Source: Phoronis australis
Lineage: Eukaryota; Animalia; Phoronida
Length of the DNA stretch: 35,188 nucleotides
Assembly: GCA_002633005.1 (NCBI GenBank)
Contig: NMRA01000922.1
Coordinates: forward strand, 63,919 to 99,106
Direction: 5' to 3'
Part shown: one piece after another, positions 1 through 11,838 of the stretch
Numbering within the stretch: the stretch's first letter is position 1
How the letters are laid out: every line of letters begins with the position of its first letter
Notes under the pieces: model-generated
The model's input: the letters and a program-made list of their open reading frames with translations, nothing else
Databases searched by the model: none
Told to the model about the DNA's origin: nothing
Program-made: the position numbers and the translations under genes

Positions 1-1637
1 CGAAAATTGAACAAAGTTCCTTTTTGTAGCAACGTTTGTCAAAATGTATCAACGTTAAATCTTCACAAATTACAAAGTAACAGGTTGAACATGCCTTCCA
101 GTTCAGCAAAAGTCGCCATGTTGTCGGTGCCGCCAGAAATGAGATAAGTCCAACGGGAATTGTGAGCACATTTATCAATTAATGAGTAACAACTGCGAGG
201 CTGAAATTTGGTGAACACTGTTGAATCGTGCAGAATAGAAAGTTAAGATATGTCTCACTGAATTTCACCGTAAATTGTTGGCGAAAACAATTAACACAAA
301 GTTTTAAACTTGTAACTTATACCGCTGTCCTCCAATGTGGCCGACGCGATCCAAACAAAGTGACCCAAATTTCGCCACAAAAATTGCAATAACTTTACAG
401 TGCTTGCCCCGATTTTGATACTTTTTCGATTTTTACCGAGTAGAATGCACTACTTTCCGATGATAGCAAAGCATTTTTCAAAATGAGAGAAAAATCAAAA
501 CGGAAAAAATTGCTTCGACTCATATTGGTTCCTAGGTTCGACCGCCCTATGTAAGGAACTAAACACCAATGCTATTTTAACATGATAAGTACGCGTAACA
601 TTCCAAAATGATTCAACGACTACTAACTACAAACTATAAATACACTAAACAGACAAACGAATCACGGGATTTTATTAATAAAACAAAATAATGAAGACTT
701 TTCGAGCAAGCGATAGCATATTCAGTTACAAGGAAAAAATGGCGGCGTTCCTGAACTGATGAGCCGGAAATGTGGATACAGAAATAACCGATGACAGCCG
801 GTAATTATACGCTCACAGAGAAGGGTCAAATACTGCTAAAAATCGCTTTTGGCAAGAACGGAGAAAAGAATATAAAGAAATGGTGTCGAAAATAAGATTT
901 TATGTAGTAAGTATTTTCGGATACTGGAACCACATGGGCGGTTTGAGACCAGTACTTTAAGCCTCGTTTTACTAAACCCTATCCCTGGTCTAACAATACC
1001 TGGCTTTCAGACTTTTAAACCACGCTGGTGAAATGCAAGTCTAAAATTGGACCAGGTTTAGGAAGACTAGGTTAAAGTCTTAAACCTGGTTTTGTTAAAC
1101 CACGTTTATGAAATCTGCTGCAGATATTCAACTCACATATTACAAATTGAAAACGGCAGAAAAAATAGTTCTCCCCGAAGAGAAGAAGGAAGCTTCATGT
1201 TACGTTGTCCAGGTTGGTACATGTAGATTTTAGTAAAAGGTTCATATCACGATGCCATGATAGAAACAACGATATCAGGTTTCTTTTTAACTCGAGGACA
1301 GCAAACAAATTAAAAGAACAATCCAATTTATATACAAAGAGTAATGATGATCAGGAGCGTAATATAAAATCTTTAATGACTGTCCTCATGTATAAAATCT
1401 GTAAATACAAGTGTGAACTGGGGAGTCGGAGGCCTCTTGTTCAAACAAAGTTATCATGTTATTTTGCAAAGAACATTTCTCGTCGCTTTGGAGCGCGATA
1501 GACCACTGAAAACAAGTTAAAACAAAATCAGTGTAAAACACAATCCGAACGAGAACCACTGAATAGTCTGACATGCTGTTGCTTGAGGTTTCATGTCGCC
1601 CTGTTTATCAGTCTAAAACGATGATAGAGTCCTGTTG

Positions 1638-1906
1638 CATGCGCGCACCCAGCCTGAAATATAGGGGGGTCGAAATTTTGAGAATGTTGACCTTTTATTA
1701 AAAAAACAAAAATGATGACTACAAAGTAAAAACGAGGTACTAAGTCCAGAGCTACGAATTATGCATTCACGCCGAATTCATGTCTTTTTAGTGGGCTTTG
1801 TTTCGTTTTCTAGGACTTTCTGTTTTTCTGAGGCGGAACTTTTGCCCACTTCGCCAAATTGAAGCTCGTTCGAACCGTGAGCCCCTCCCCCTAGGATGCC
1901 CGCATG
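1638..1906. mobile_element. Non-autonomous TIR element (MITE) with 5-bp TSD, hAT5-like, copy 1
   Basis: Termini CATGCGCGCACCCAG ... CTAGGATGCCCGCATG, with TGTTG on both sides. The internal sequence aligns in reverse orientation to 32008-32272. Confidence 0.7.
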
Positions 1907-1979
1907 TGTTGCCGTAATCAGTAGCGGTTGGCTGTTTCAGTTTAGAAGATTGCTGACGGAAATGCAATTTTGTCTCCCA

Positions 1980-2113
1980 TTCGGTAACGCTGAGACCTCG
2001 CAAAAAGCAAGACGTCGCGAGATTACGTGAGATCTTTAGATTTTTTTAATGAGAACAAGTGACTTTTGCTAGATTATAGCTAGTATCTAGCGTAGGTCCT
2101 AGCTCTACTGAAC
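1980..2113. mobile_element. Partial copy of the palindromic MITE family that hosts the Kolobok element
   Basis: Matches the reverse complement of 14920-14972 joined to 16663-16732 (GGTAACGCT..CCTCGC..AAGCAAGAC..GAGATTACGTGAGAT..TTTAATGAGA..GTGACTTT..GCTAGATT..CTACTGAAC). Confidence 0.7.
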
Positions 2114-2263
2114 TCCTGTTACGATAAGCAACAATGTGAGAACGATGTTTTCAGAGTAAACGGCCTAATTCCATTTTCGTTGAGTAGCCAGTTAAATTGG
2201 TCAAATTCCAACGTTAACTCAGTCACGTATAAATCAATGTAAATCGTGTGAAATTGACATTAC

Positions 2264-2390
2264 ATTTATCTGTGCAGTTTTTTCCGTCCCAGCCACGTTT
2301 GCAAATACAAAGAAACTCCTCTGGTGTATTCAAGTCGACGCATTGTCCATTTCCGTGGCACGGATCTTGAGAGCACACCCCCATGGCGGC
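2264..2390 (-). CDS. Secreted PAN/apple-EGF protein, coding exon 2 (EGF-like domain)
   Basis: Acceptor TCCTTTGCAG|GCC at 2390, phase 0, matching exon 1. Encodes a six-Cys EGF domain: CSQDPCHGNGQCVDLNTPEEFLCICKRGWDGKNC. Probable phase-1 donor T|GTAATG at 2264; otherwise it reads through to a stop at 2223. Confidence 0.8.
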
Positions 2391-2850
2391 CTGCAAAGGA
2401 ACTACATGGTAGGGCAATGAAAGTAAGCGACCCCTGGCAGCCTGCGTGAGAATTCGACAACGAGAGCACGCGTTTATATAGTAGCACGCAAAGGAACAAT
2501 ATGTATACCTAGTCTAATAATCCACGGCAAGTTAATAGGTTGAAATATGTAATGTTTTGTCTCTAAAATATTTTACCCAAACCATTAGCGTTTTGAATGT
2601 TCAGTAGATCGATAATATTTCTATATTGCGAGATCTATTTCTAGTTTAGCGACCGTGGTAATGCACGTTGGTGACCTCCACATCATCACCGAAGACAACG
2701 AAATCTACCTTCATCGAGCTGGAAAGTTGTCATTTCGGCTAGACCTGCTAGCGTTTTACACGGCACTATCCTTTCGAAAGAAAAAAGTGGTTTCGATTAA
2801 AATGCTTGTACCCTACTTTTATTTGAAGTCGAAAGTTAACACGCACGTAC

Positions 2851-3192
2851 CTTATCAATTCGAAAAGCATCTCGATCGAAATACTCCACTCCCTCTTCAC
2901 TGATGACGTCATGGGGAAAGCCGCGGTGGTCAGCGTCGTTTAGCTGGCAAAAATGCCTTTCTTTACGAAAATTATAAGACTTGCACCTCTGGTCCATTAG
3001 ACACCAACGGGCACATTGTGTCAAAAGATAGCTCGAAGTGTGTTCTGCGTACGTATGATTTTCTAGTTTTGTGTCTCGCGAAGAGTATGCCAGATCGTTT
3101 CGACTCCATTCGTTTTCAGAGGCAGCCAAAGTGGATTTCAAACTGCAAATGATGGCGACGAACAAAACAAGTCGCACGCTCAAGATGGTCAT
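2851..3192 (-). CDS. Secreted PAN/apple-EGF protein, coding exon 1 (signal peptide + PAN/apple domain)
   Basis: ATG at 3192 is followed by a hydrophobic signal peptide (MTILSVRLVLFVAIICSLKSTLA). A PAN-type Cys pattern follows: C-x3-C-x5-C-x-S-Y-N-F-x6-C-Q-L-N ... YFD. Donor AAG|GTACGT at 2851/2850, phase 0. Confidence 0.85.
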
Positions 3193-4516
3193 GATCGCTC
3201 TGAACTACACGTAATCATGTAGATATTAATGATATTCATTCAATCAAGCGATCCCGCACGTCTTGTAAAGTGTCGCTCAACCAATCGATGATAACCGAGG
3301 TGCAGTTTTGACAACATTTTTCAGCTATTATACATGTTAATTATACGTTTCCGAGGTCTCCACGATTTTCAATCCTTTTACGCAAATGGCTTATTTCGGT
3401 ATTCATCTTGGAAACAATAAAAAGATAAAAATAATGGTTTTGTTATGTTTTGTTCATGTTTGCGTTATCGCAAGAGAACGTCAAGACTTCGATGTTGGTC
3501 AATTTATTATTCATCAGAAATTAATTAATAGGTAGCGTGCATAATCTTTGATTGAGCTGGACCGGGCTTTTGATTATCTCTTGAACATCTGATACAAAAA
3601 TGGTTAACGCAATTATCGCATGCCCGTTTTGATCAATCGATTGAGCGGGAATACATGTATGTGGTCAAGTAACGAAGGGTTGCTACGAATATAAGGGAAA
3701 AACAGCCGGCCACAAAACTCACAACTCTTAAAGTGTTGCATCTAGTTTCTCTCGTATAATTAGATCTTCTTGGTAAGAAGAGAATTGTAAACCCAGTTGC
3801 GTAGTATAAGGCAAAAGCTCTGTTTTTAACTTTCTAGTATCCTAAACATAATTAGGCCTGGGTTGCATACGCACATATTTTAATCGCGACTCCGAAATAA
3901 TATCCCGTAGTCTTCTAGTCGGACATTACCTTTACACTACTCTACAGTATAGCTAGAACAACTGGCGTTAGCTACTACAAAACGTGATGCCTCATAGACT
4001 AGATATTTTTAATTGAAACGAAAAGTTGCAACTTACGATTTACACGTGACCATCACACCTTCATTCGGTCTCGTTGTCTACCTGTATCATCATTTTGACA
4101 AGCACGTTACGATGGTCGAAAATATGTGTGTTCTGTTAACGGTGCAACGTCCTTTTGAAGGTTGCCTTAAGTGCCGCCCAAAAAACTATACATGTAGCTA
4201 CCCTAAGAAAAAGGACATGCATAGTTGGAACGAGTTACTGGGAGATTTAATAGTAGCATGGACCGACAACTTGACACACGTAGGACAATTCATCCCACCT
4301 TATCAGTGTCGAGCATCTTGTTTTTAAAATCAGCGCAAGTCGTAGTGTGAACGCAAACCTTCGGGCATGGTGAAAACAATTACCAGGACAGCGCATGCTA
4401 AGTAACAGGCATTCGTGTAGGGATATTTTCCGTCATAGTTGACGCATGATGTATGGTGTGTGTAGTGTGGACACGTGGCTAAAGGAGAGCGCGTTTCTCT
4501 AGGATAGCTTTCTAGG

Positions 4517-4765
4517 CAGTGCCGGATTTACATTTGGGGGACCCCTTGGTAATTCATGCAAGGTGAACCCCTCACATACATGTACGTGTAGGAGCCCAGA
4601 TTGCACTGTTGATACTTTCTTTTTACGCAGTGAGCCAAAGGTGCTCCCCCAGGAAAATGGAGTCCTTGGAACACCGAGGTCCTTTTGTCATTGTGAAACT
4701 CTTTGGAAATCTTATTTTGCTGTGATTTTCATGATTTCGGGTGCCCGAGGGTAAATCCGCCACTG
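4517..4765. mobile_element. hAT-type MITE
   Basis: TIRs CAGTGCCGGATTTAC / GTAAATCCGCCACTG. The 8-bp TSD is TTTCTAGG / TCTCTAGG (7/8 match). Confidence 0.8.
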
Positions 4766-5103
4766 TCTCTAGGGTAACTCTTTGTGTAGACACGGACTTC
4801 AGGCATGCAAGCATGTGGATTCGACAGTAATGCACATATTATGACAACCATAACTAGCAAAAACTTCGCAATGACAACTGATTGCAAGAATGTTGCCAAT
4901 CAGATGTTTCGGTCATGATAAAGTTCAGAGGAGAATTTATGTTTTCACGGAGATACGTGTATATGCGAGAAAACGTCATTCATCACTCTGTAGTGCAGCT
5001 AAATAAATCTATGACGTATACATGCCTCAACCGTGACGTCAACTCCTAGCAACGGTCATTTCTAAATGATTGCTTCTTTCTATAGTCATTCTACAATAGT
5101 GAC

Positions 5104-5815
5104 ATGTGGAATTCTAGAATACCCAATTCCCCACCAGTGGACATTCATCGCAACAAGGACGATTTCAGCAAGCGGTGGCAGAGCAAGAATTTTAGTCCGC
5201 CGTTCAAACGCCTCGTGTATCAACAACTTGAACGACTAAAAGCGTCAACAGACGTTTCTGCTCAGCATTCCGTCGCTGACGATATTTCCGATTATGCGCC
5301 TTCAAAGAAAAAGACTTACATTCAGACATATTTTAAGACCAGGACTGAAATTTCGCCACTGCGTCAGATGGCTTGCACATCTACTTGCGAAGTCACCGAG
5401 GTGAACGCTGAGAATAACGACAATCCTTTATCACCAACATCTGCCAAGATCTCTCGTCTGTTGCGAGAAACGGAACAGCTACACCGCTATAAGATGGACG
5501 ACCATCACGAACCTCCGGGGCAAAACAACACTGGTAATCCGTACTTTCTCCGCAGCAAGTCTCAAATTTCACGGACTAATTCGTCAGCTTTGTTGCAGAA
5601 CAACAGTCAAACCTATTGTTCCGGGTACGCCACGGCGACATCCAGTGTCGATAATGCTGACGCCTGCATTGGTACCGCAGATCAATTTCTCCGTCGAAAT
5701 GCAAAGAATCTAAGTTCACGGCCTCTCGATTCACTCTCACTTGTCGAAAATGCGTTGGATATCTACACAGGCTCCCTGTGTGGTAAAAACTTGACAAGCA
5801 GTGGAAATAAGAAAG
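5104..5815 (+). CDS. Uncharacterised tail-anchored membrane protein, first coding exon
   Basis: Acceptor TTTCTATAG|T at 5086, ATG at 5104, long open Ser/Thr-rich frame. Donor AAG|GTAAT after 5815 is phase 1, compatible with the acceptor at 6195. Confidence 0.7.
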
Positions 5816-6194
5816 GTAATTTCTAGTGATAATTGTTTTACATAGCCAAGATTCAGTTCGTACTCTATTATACCCAAATGGACATATTCTTTCGTTAACG
5901 GCAAAATCCACCTGTCTTCCCTTTAACGATTGCAAGAAGGCGCTATTTACGACTATGTCTTGCCAAACCAGAACTCAGCACTGAAAGACTATCAAAATGC
6001 GCATGAGAGTAGGCTTTAACGAGATCATACTTTTCTAACGACTGCGAAGAGATTTTACGTCTGCTTTGTCATTACACTGTTGCTGAACTTCTTTAACAAA
6101 AGTTGGCGCACCTTGATTTAACCAAACCACTGTACTTTAGTTCATTATGGTTTCTTTGGCAATGTAAAAGACCTAATTTACCTTTCCATTTTAG

Positions 6195-7762
6195 AAAATT
6201 TCAGTAGACGAATACACATGGAAAACGACCAAATAGGTTGCATTTACAACAGAGACAGTAAGCAAAACCAAACTTACAAGAATACATTCTCTTCTACACT
6301 ACCCGAACCGACTCAGTTTTACGTTAAAAAGCCCTTCTTTCCTACTTCAAAGATGCCTTCAATTTCTCAAGAGACAGAGAACTGTCAAATTTCTAATTTA
6401 CTTCACAAAGAAGACAAAAGTCTGTCCAACCACAATAAGGTACGTTACGTTGAAAAAATTGACGCATGTTGTTCCCCATTCGTGCAGAATGCTGCTGATC
6501 ATATTTGGAATTGCGCCCCAAAAAGCGACTTGGCAACCACCTTTCACTCACAGGGAGAATGTGGAGCCGTTTACTATCTTACTGGGCATAAAGATTCTCT
6601 ATCTCTGTCTGATTTGGGTCAAAAGCAATCTCCAAAGAAGAAGTTTCCGAATTGTATTGGTAGAAGGGAAGACGCCGCTGCGACTATACATAGTTCACCC
6701 AGCAGACATAGTCCTGCTAAGGAATCGGCACCACACATAAGTCCTTGCACAGATGACTCGCTCTCCAACACATCTATAGAAATGAAGAGAGACAAGCGGG
6801 TGTTCGTCAGTTGCACTGGAACCTCACGTAGGTCAAGGTCTAGGCGAAAAAGGCACGCAGATAACAGCAAGCCTCCAAACGAAGGGAATCCGAAAACGTG
6901 CAATAGATCGTCTTTCGTAGATAAGGATGACCTAAGTCCCAAACAAGTAATGGCTGCCCTATCAGCTCCCGCGTTAAGCACTGGAGGAGTTCCGCCAAGA
7001 AAAGTTGAATTACAGCCGGAATACATGAACAGAAAAGATGAACAGCCAGTGGAAACTGATTCAAAACTGGCAAAACGTTTAATAAAGTCAAGTGAACGCG
7101 ACACTAAAGGTGTCTTTGTTAACGGCGATATCCTATCTGCAGTCCAGGCGGGTGATTATTCTTCGCCACAACAGCGTACACTTTTCATAAAGTTGCCTCA
7201 AAAAGTTTGGGAACATCTTGCTAAAGCAAAAGAACAAACAGCAGCTGTAAAACTTGAGTCGGGAGGTGACAGTACAACGGGAAATTTTGAAATTTGCAGT
7301 TACGAATCTTTGATTAATGCTTTGTGCGAAGACAATAAGAACACAGTTTTAACTTCTGGAACATCTTCCAAGGCAAAAGACCCACAAAAATGTCAACAGC
7401 GTGGCCCAACACCTGCGAAAGTAAGTTGCGGAGCACAGACTGAACTAGCTGAGAATGGCAATACGACCGAACAGAAAGGACCTGAAGCAGACGCAAGACC
7501 GGAATATGTTGTGTGTACGGTGCATAGTCAGGTCAGCACCAAGGAAAAGAAAGGAAATCGATCTACGAACTTTTCGAAATCAATCACGTGTGATACCGAG
7601 ACATCCACGGAAGATTCCGAAACAAGTCAAACGGAAGAAATAATAGCACCAAAATGCAGCAAGTTGAAAAAGCAACGTTTGGCCACAAAAAGTGTTGAGC
7701 AAAGTCAAATAAACGACAATAATGCCTCTCTCAGCTGTCAGACGGCATACACGAGCCCAGCG
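6195..7762 (+). CDS. Uncharacterised tail-anchored membrane protein, large exon 2 (disordered, Ser/Lys-rich, NLS-like RRSRSRRKR)
   Basis: Acceptor TTCCATTTTAG|AA (phase 1) leads into a 519-aa open frame. Donor GCG|GTAGGT at 7762 is phase 0, compatible with the acceptors at 10914 and 11343. Confidence 0.75.
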
Positions 7763-8239
7763 GTAGGTGAATTTTAATTAGATTTGCATGCATGCCTGAG
7801 AGAACTGCGTAATTCAGACATGCTTATAACTATAAATGCAAATTGGGATGGGCTATGATAAGAAATGCTAAGGAATTCTGAAAATTAGACGTTTTACGTG
7901 CTCTTCTATGGATAATTAGAGATGTCATAGCGATTGTGGGATAACTGCCACCCCGAGCAGCACCAGTGTCAGACGTACATGTAAGTATACGATCTCTACA
8001 GGAGACAGTGTGGCTCTGTGGTTTGTGCTTCGGACTTCCGTTTGGCTGAGAATTGAGCATTGCACAAATTTGTCTTTTACTGAGCTTGGTCTTACGAAGG
8101 GAGTGGATGAAAACTTGGATTTAACGCAAAAGCGATTTTTGGAGTTTTTCTTAACATATCCTATGCTCTCTCTAGAGATCGTTTCAACTTAGTAGTATTT
8201 TAAGAAGCCAGAAGTTCCATTTATCATTTTACGAGTTAA

Positions 8240-8701
8240 GTACTAGTCCACGAGAGCACCAGCCATGAGCGGCAAGGTGGGGGTCAACCGATTTTCACCA
8301 AATTTGGCACATAGGTAGTCCTATGGGATCTATAAACAGCGGTAAAATATTTCTTGAAAATATTGCGTTTTTCTAAAGTTATAGGCTCAAACACATTTTA
8401 CGGCTTCGCAGCCATGTTTTCACGGTATAAAAACTGTCCAGTTTTAACTGTTCATATTTTTCCTTGAATGAAAGCTATTGATTTATTGTTCACTTGGCAT
8501 TGTTTAGTGGTGCCTGTAGATTGTTACACAGATGTCTTGAAACACGATTCCGATTTACCACCCTCATTTAGTAGTTTTACTACACTGCCCCCCGTTATGC
8601 CATTTTGAGGTTGTGTTCAGTACACTGCTGTACCAAATCTGCCCCCACTGTTATGAGAATGAAACTTAGCCAAAATGTTGACAAAACATGTTACTTTCAT
8701 T
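8240..8701. mobile_element. Probable DNA-transposon-derived insertion, truncated by the assembly gap
   Basis: Homology with the second copy of the locus stops abruptly after GAGTTAA (8239 vs 10428). The following sequence has MITE-typical sub-terminal motifs (CCGATTTTCACCAAATTTGGCAC, ATGAAACTTAGC). The second end is not visible. Confidence 0.5.
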
Positions 8702-9046
8702 NNNNNNNNNNNNNNNNNNNNNNNNNNNNNNNNNNNNNNNNNNNNNNNNNNNNNNNNNNNNNNNNNNNNNNNNNNNNNNNNNNNNNNNNNNNNNNNNNNN
8801 NNNNNNNNNNNNNNNNNNNNNNNNNNNNNNNNNNNNNNNNNNNNNNNNNNNNNNNNNNNNNNNNNNNNNNNNNNNNNNNNNNNNNNNNNNNNNNNNNNNN
8901 NNNNNNNNNNNNNNNNNNNNNNNNNNNNNNNNNNNNNNNNNNNNNNNNNNNNNNNNNNNNNNNNNNNNNNNNNNNNNNNNNNNNNNNNNNNNNNNNNNNN
9001 NNNNNNNNNNNNNNNNNNNNNNNNNNNNNNNNNNNNNNNNNNNNNN
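8702..9046. other. Assembly gap (N run)
   Basis: 345 consecutive N. Confidence 1.
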
Positions 9047-10428
9047 ACAGCAAGCCTCCAAACGAAGGGAATCCGAAAACGTGCAATAGATCGTCTTTCG
9101 TAGATAAGGATGACCTAAGTCCCAAACAAGTAATGGCAGCCCTATCAGCTCCCGCGTTAAGCACTGGAGGAGTTCCGCCAAGAAAAATTGAATTGCAGCC
9201 GGAATACGTGAACAGAAGAGATGAACAGCCAGTGGAAACTGATTCAAAACAGGCAAAACGTTTAGTAAAGTCAAGTGAACGCGACACTAAAGATGTCTTT
9301 GTTAACGGCGATATCCTATCTGCAGTACAGGCGGGTGATTATTCTTCGCCACAACAGCGTACACTTTTCATAAAGTTGCCTCAGAAAGTTTGGGAACATC
9401 TCGCTAAAGCAAAAGAACAAACAGCAGCTGTAAAACTTGAGTCCGGAGGTGACAGTACGACGGGAAATTTTGAAATTTGCAGTTATGAATCTTTGATTAA
9501 TGCTTTGTGCGAAGACAATAAGCACCTAATTTTAACTTCCGGAACATCTTCCAAGGCAAGAGACGCCCAAAAATGTCAACAGCGTGGCCCAACACTTGCG
9601 AAAGTAAGTTGCGGAGCACAGACTGAACTAGCTGAGAATGGCAATACGACCGAACAGAAAGGACCTGAAGCAGACGTAAGACCGGAATATGTTGTGTGTA
9701 CGGTGCATCGTCAGGTCAGCACCAAGGAAAAGAAAGGAAATCGATCTACGAACTTTTCGAAATCAACCACGTGTGATACCGAGACCTCCACGGAAGAATC
9801 CGAAACAAGTCAAACGGAAGAAATGATAGCACCCAAATGCAGCAAGTTGAAAAAGCAACGTTTGGCCAAAAAAAGTGTTGAGCAAAGTCAAATAAACGAC
9901 AATAATGCCTCTCTTAGCTGTCAGCCGGCATACACGAGCCCAGGGGTAGGTGAATTTTAATTAGAAGATTTGCATGCATGCCTGAGAGATGTGCGAACTG
10001 CGTAATTCAGACATGCTTATAAGTTTAAATGCAAATTGAGATGGGCTATGATACGAAATGCTAAGGAATTCAGAAAAGTAGACGTTTAACGTTCTCGTCT
10101 ATGGATGATTATAGATGTCAGAGGGATTGTGGGATAGCGGCCACCCCGATCAGCACCAGGGTCAGACGTATTAGTATACGATCTCTAGAGGAGACAATGT
10201 GGCTCTGTGGTTTGTGCTTCGGACTTCCGTTTGGCTGACAATTGAGCATTGCACAAATGTGTCTTTTACTGAGCTTGGTCTTACCAAGGGAGTGGATGAA
10301 AACTTGGATTTAGCGCAAAAGCGATTTTTGGAGTTTTTCTTAAGATATCTATGCTCTCACTGGAGATCATTTCAACTTAGTAGTATTTTAAGAAGCCAGA
10401 AGTTTAATTTATCATATAAACGAGTTAA
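9047..10428 (+). repeat. Near-identical second copy of 6864-8239 (3' part of exon 2, coding to 9945, plus intron); likely uncollapsed allele
   Basis: Colinear with 6864-8239, with scattered substitutions (about 20 aa differences over about 300 codons) and small intronic indels. The donor GGG|GTAGGT at 9945 is conserved. The copy starts right at the gap. Confidence 0.9.
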
Positions 10429-10913
10429 ATTCCACTTAAAATGAATTCCACTTCATCGAGGTGATCATGACTTGCGTAACCCTTTCTCGGGTTAGACGTT
10501 TCTTACAATTACAGGTATCTGATCTTAGATGCGCACGTATCGATTTTTCGTTTTCCTGAAAGCCCACCATTAATTTACGTGAAAACATGACGTGCTGTAG
10601 ATAATGTTCTTCGTTGGCTTCCGAAAGAGAAATTGGGTAATTGTTTACTGTCCTCGATCGGTTACCTGGCAAAAACGAAACCGTACTCACCACACGAACA
10701 AATCGTGTTATTATGCATTGCGAAACGTTTGGTGTCATCGCGTTGAAGATTTTTCACAATGCCATAAATTGGTGGGAAGATGGTGTAATTCTACCTCAAT
10801 GCGGCAGCAGTACGGGTCTTTGGAACTTTGAAATTTGGACGAACTTTTGTGTACATGTAGGAGTGATACCACTGTTGGGTCGTACATGTAACTCGTGCAC
10901 CTTTTTGTTGCAG

Positions 10914-11113
10914 TCGAGTCATTCCCTTAAAGATTTGGAGGAAGTCTCCATCGAAGAGGCAGTTTTTCAGTCGAGACGCAACATTGACCTTTTAAGAGAT
11001 AACTTTCAGCAAATACTGGATAGTAATGACTCGGAACTTGTAGCAATCCAACGGTGGTTGAACTTTGTCGAATTCATGGTGGTAGTTGCACAGGCAAAGC
11101 ACCTGTCGCAGGG
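10914..11113 (+). CDS. Uncharacterised tail-anchored protein, alternative exon 3A (helical module)
   Basis: Acceptor CTTTTTGTTGCAG|TCG (phase 0), donor GG|GTGAGT (phase 2), 200 nt. Encodes SSHSLKDLEEVSIEEAVFQSRRNIDLLRDNF...IQRWLNFVEFMVVVAQAKHLSQG, homologous to exon 3B. Confidence 0.75.
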
Positions 11114-11342
11114 GTGAGTTAGGTGTGTGTTCAAATCAGAGCAGTCGAATCTAAAAGGTTCCTGATGAGTTAGCTGGGGTGGCAAGCTAACACCAGCGAA
11201 TTATGTATTGGTGAAATATGGTACAAGGGAAGAGGGGATTTGGTGGATAATTCATAATGCCTAAAGTGAAGCTTAGGAACCTCTTAGCTTTGATCAGGAC
11301 CTTAGCATTGGCTTAAATGCAACGGTTTTCTTTTCATTGAAG

Positions 11343-11539
11343 TCAAGCGACCCAAGTCTAAATTATGACTCTGGGTCAACTGTCGAGGCTGTGCGACTGG
11401 CTAGAAGGAATGTCGAAATGCTCCGAGACAATTTACTTCTTGAGGCAACGGAAGAGAATGAAAAGGACTGCATACAAAAATGGACTAATTACTTAGAATT
11501 CATGCTTGTTTTTGCGTATGCAAAATATTTCACTGAGAG
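11343..11539 (+). CDS. Uncharacterised tail-anchored protein, alternative exon 3B (helical module)
   Basis: Acceptor TTTTCTTTTCATTGAAG|TCA (phase 0), donor AG|GTAGGT (phase 2), 197 nt. Encodes SSDPSLNYDSGSTVEAVRLARRNVEMLRDNL...IQKWTNYLEFMLVFAYAKYFTER. Confidence 0.75.
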
Positions 11540-11838
11540 GTAGGTCCAAAGATTAAATTTGTCCCAGTACGAGCTAAACCTGGAAAACACTTCCCTTTAC
11601 AACGTAAAAAAGAGTTAGTTTGATATAGCAGTTTTAACTTCTCTCCTTACTAAAATTTACGGGACGTGTGTGCCTTTTCACAACTAATCATCGGCTCATT
11701 GGTTCCATAGTTTTCCGTTCATTTACGTCAAAGGCACAACTTTTTTGTACACGCATAGTGTGTATTTATGTAAGGATTATCTATCTCCTATTTGATCACG
11801 TCCACTGGAACGATATGGTACATTTGATTTTTTTTCAG

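Noticed and set aside
1-1120. Possible DNA-transposon end (1-560) and palindromic MITE-like tract (935-1120)
   Set aside because: Motifs are suggestive, but I could not establish paired TIRs or TSDs.
6619-7104. Antisense ORFs over exon 2 (also 25736-26056 and 34438-34956)
   Set aside because: Shadow frames of real or relic coding sequence on the other strand.
8605-9287. Long ORFs spanning the N run
   Set aside because: Artefacts of translating Ns. Only 9047-9945 is real coding-like sequence.
10641-10913. 5' extension of the 158-aa ORF
   Set aside because: It lies upstream of a strong acceptor at 10913 and has no counterpart in the homologous exon 3B, so it is treated as intron.
11161-11200. 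CTGATGA followed by the hairpin GTTAGCT...AGCTAAC between exons 3A and 3B (hammerhead-like)
   Set aside because: The required GAAA does not follow stem II. A role in exon choice cannot be supported from sequence alone.
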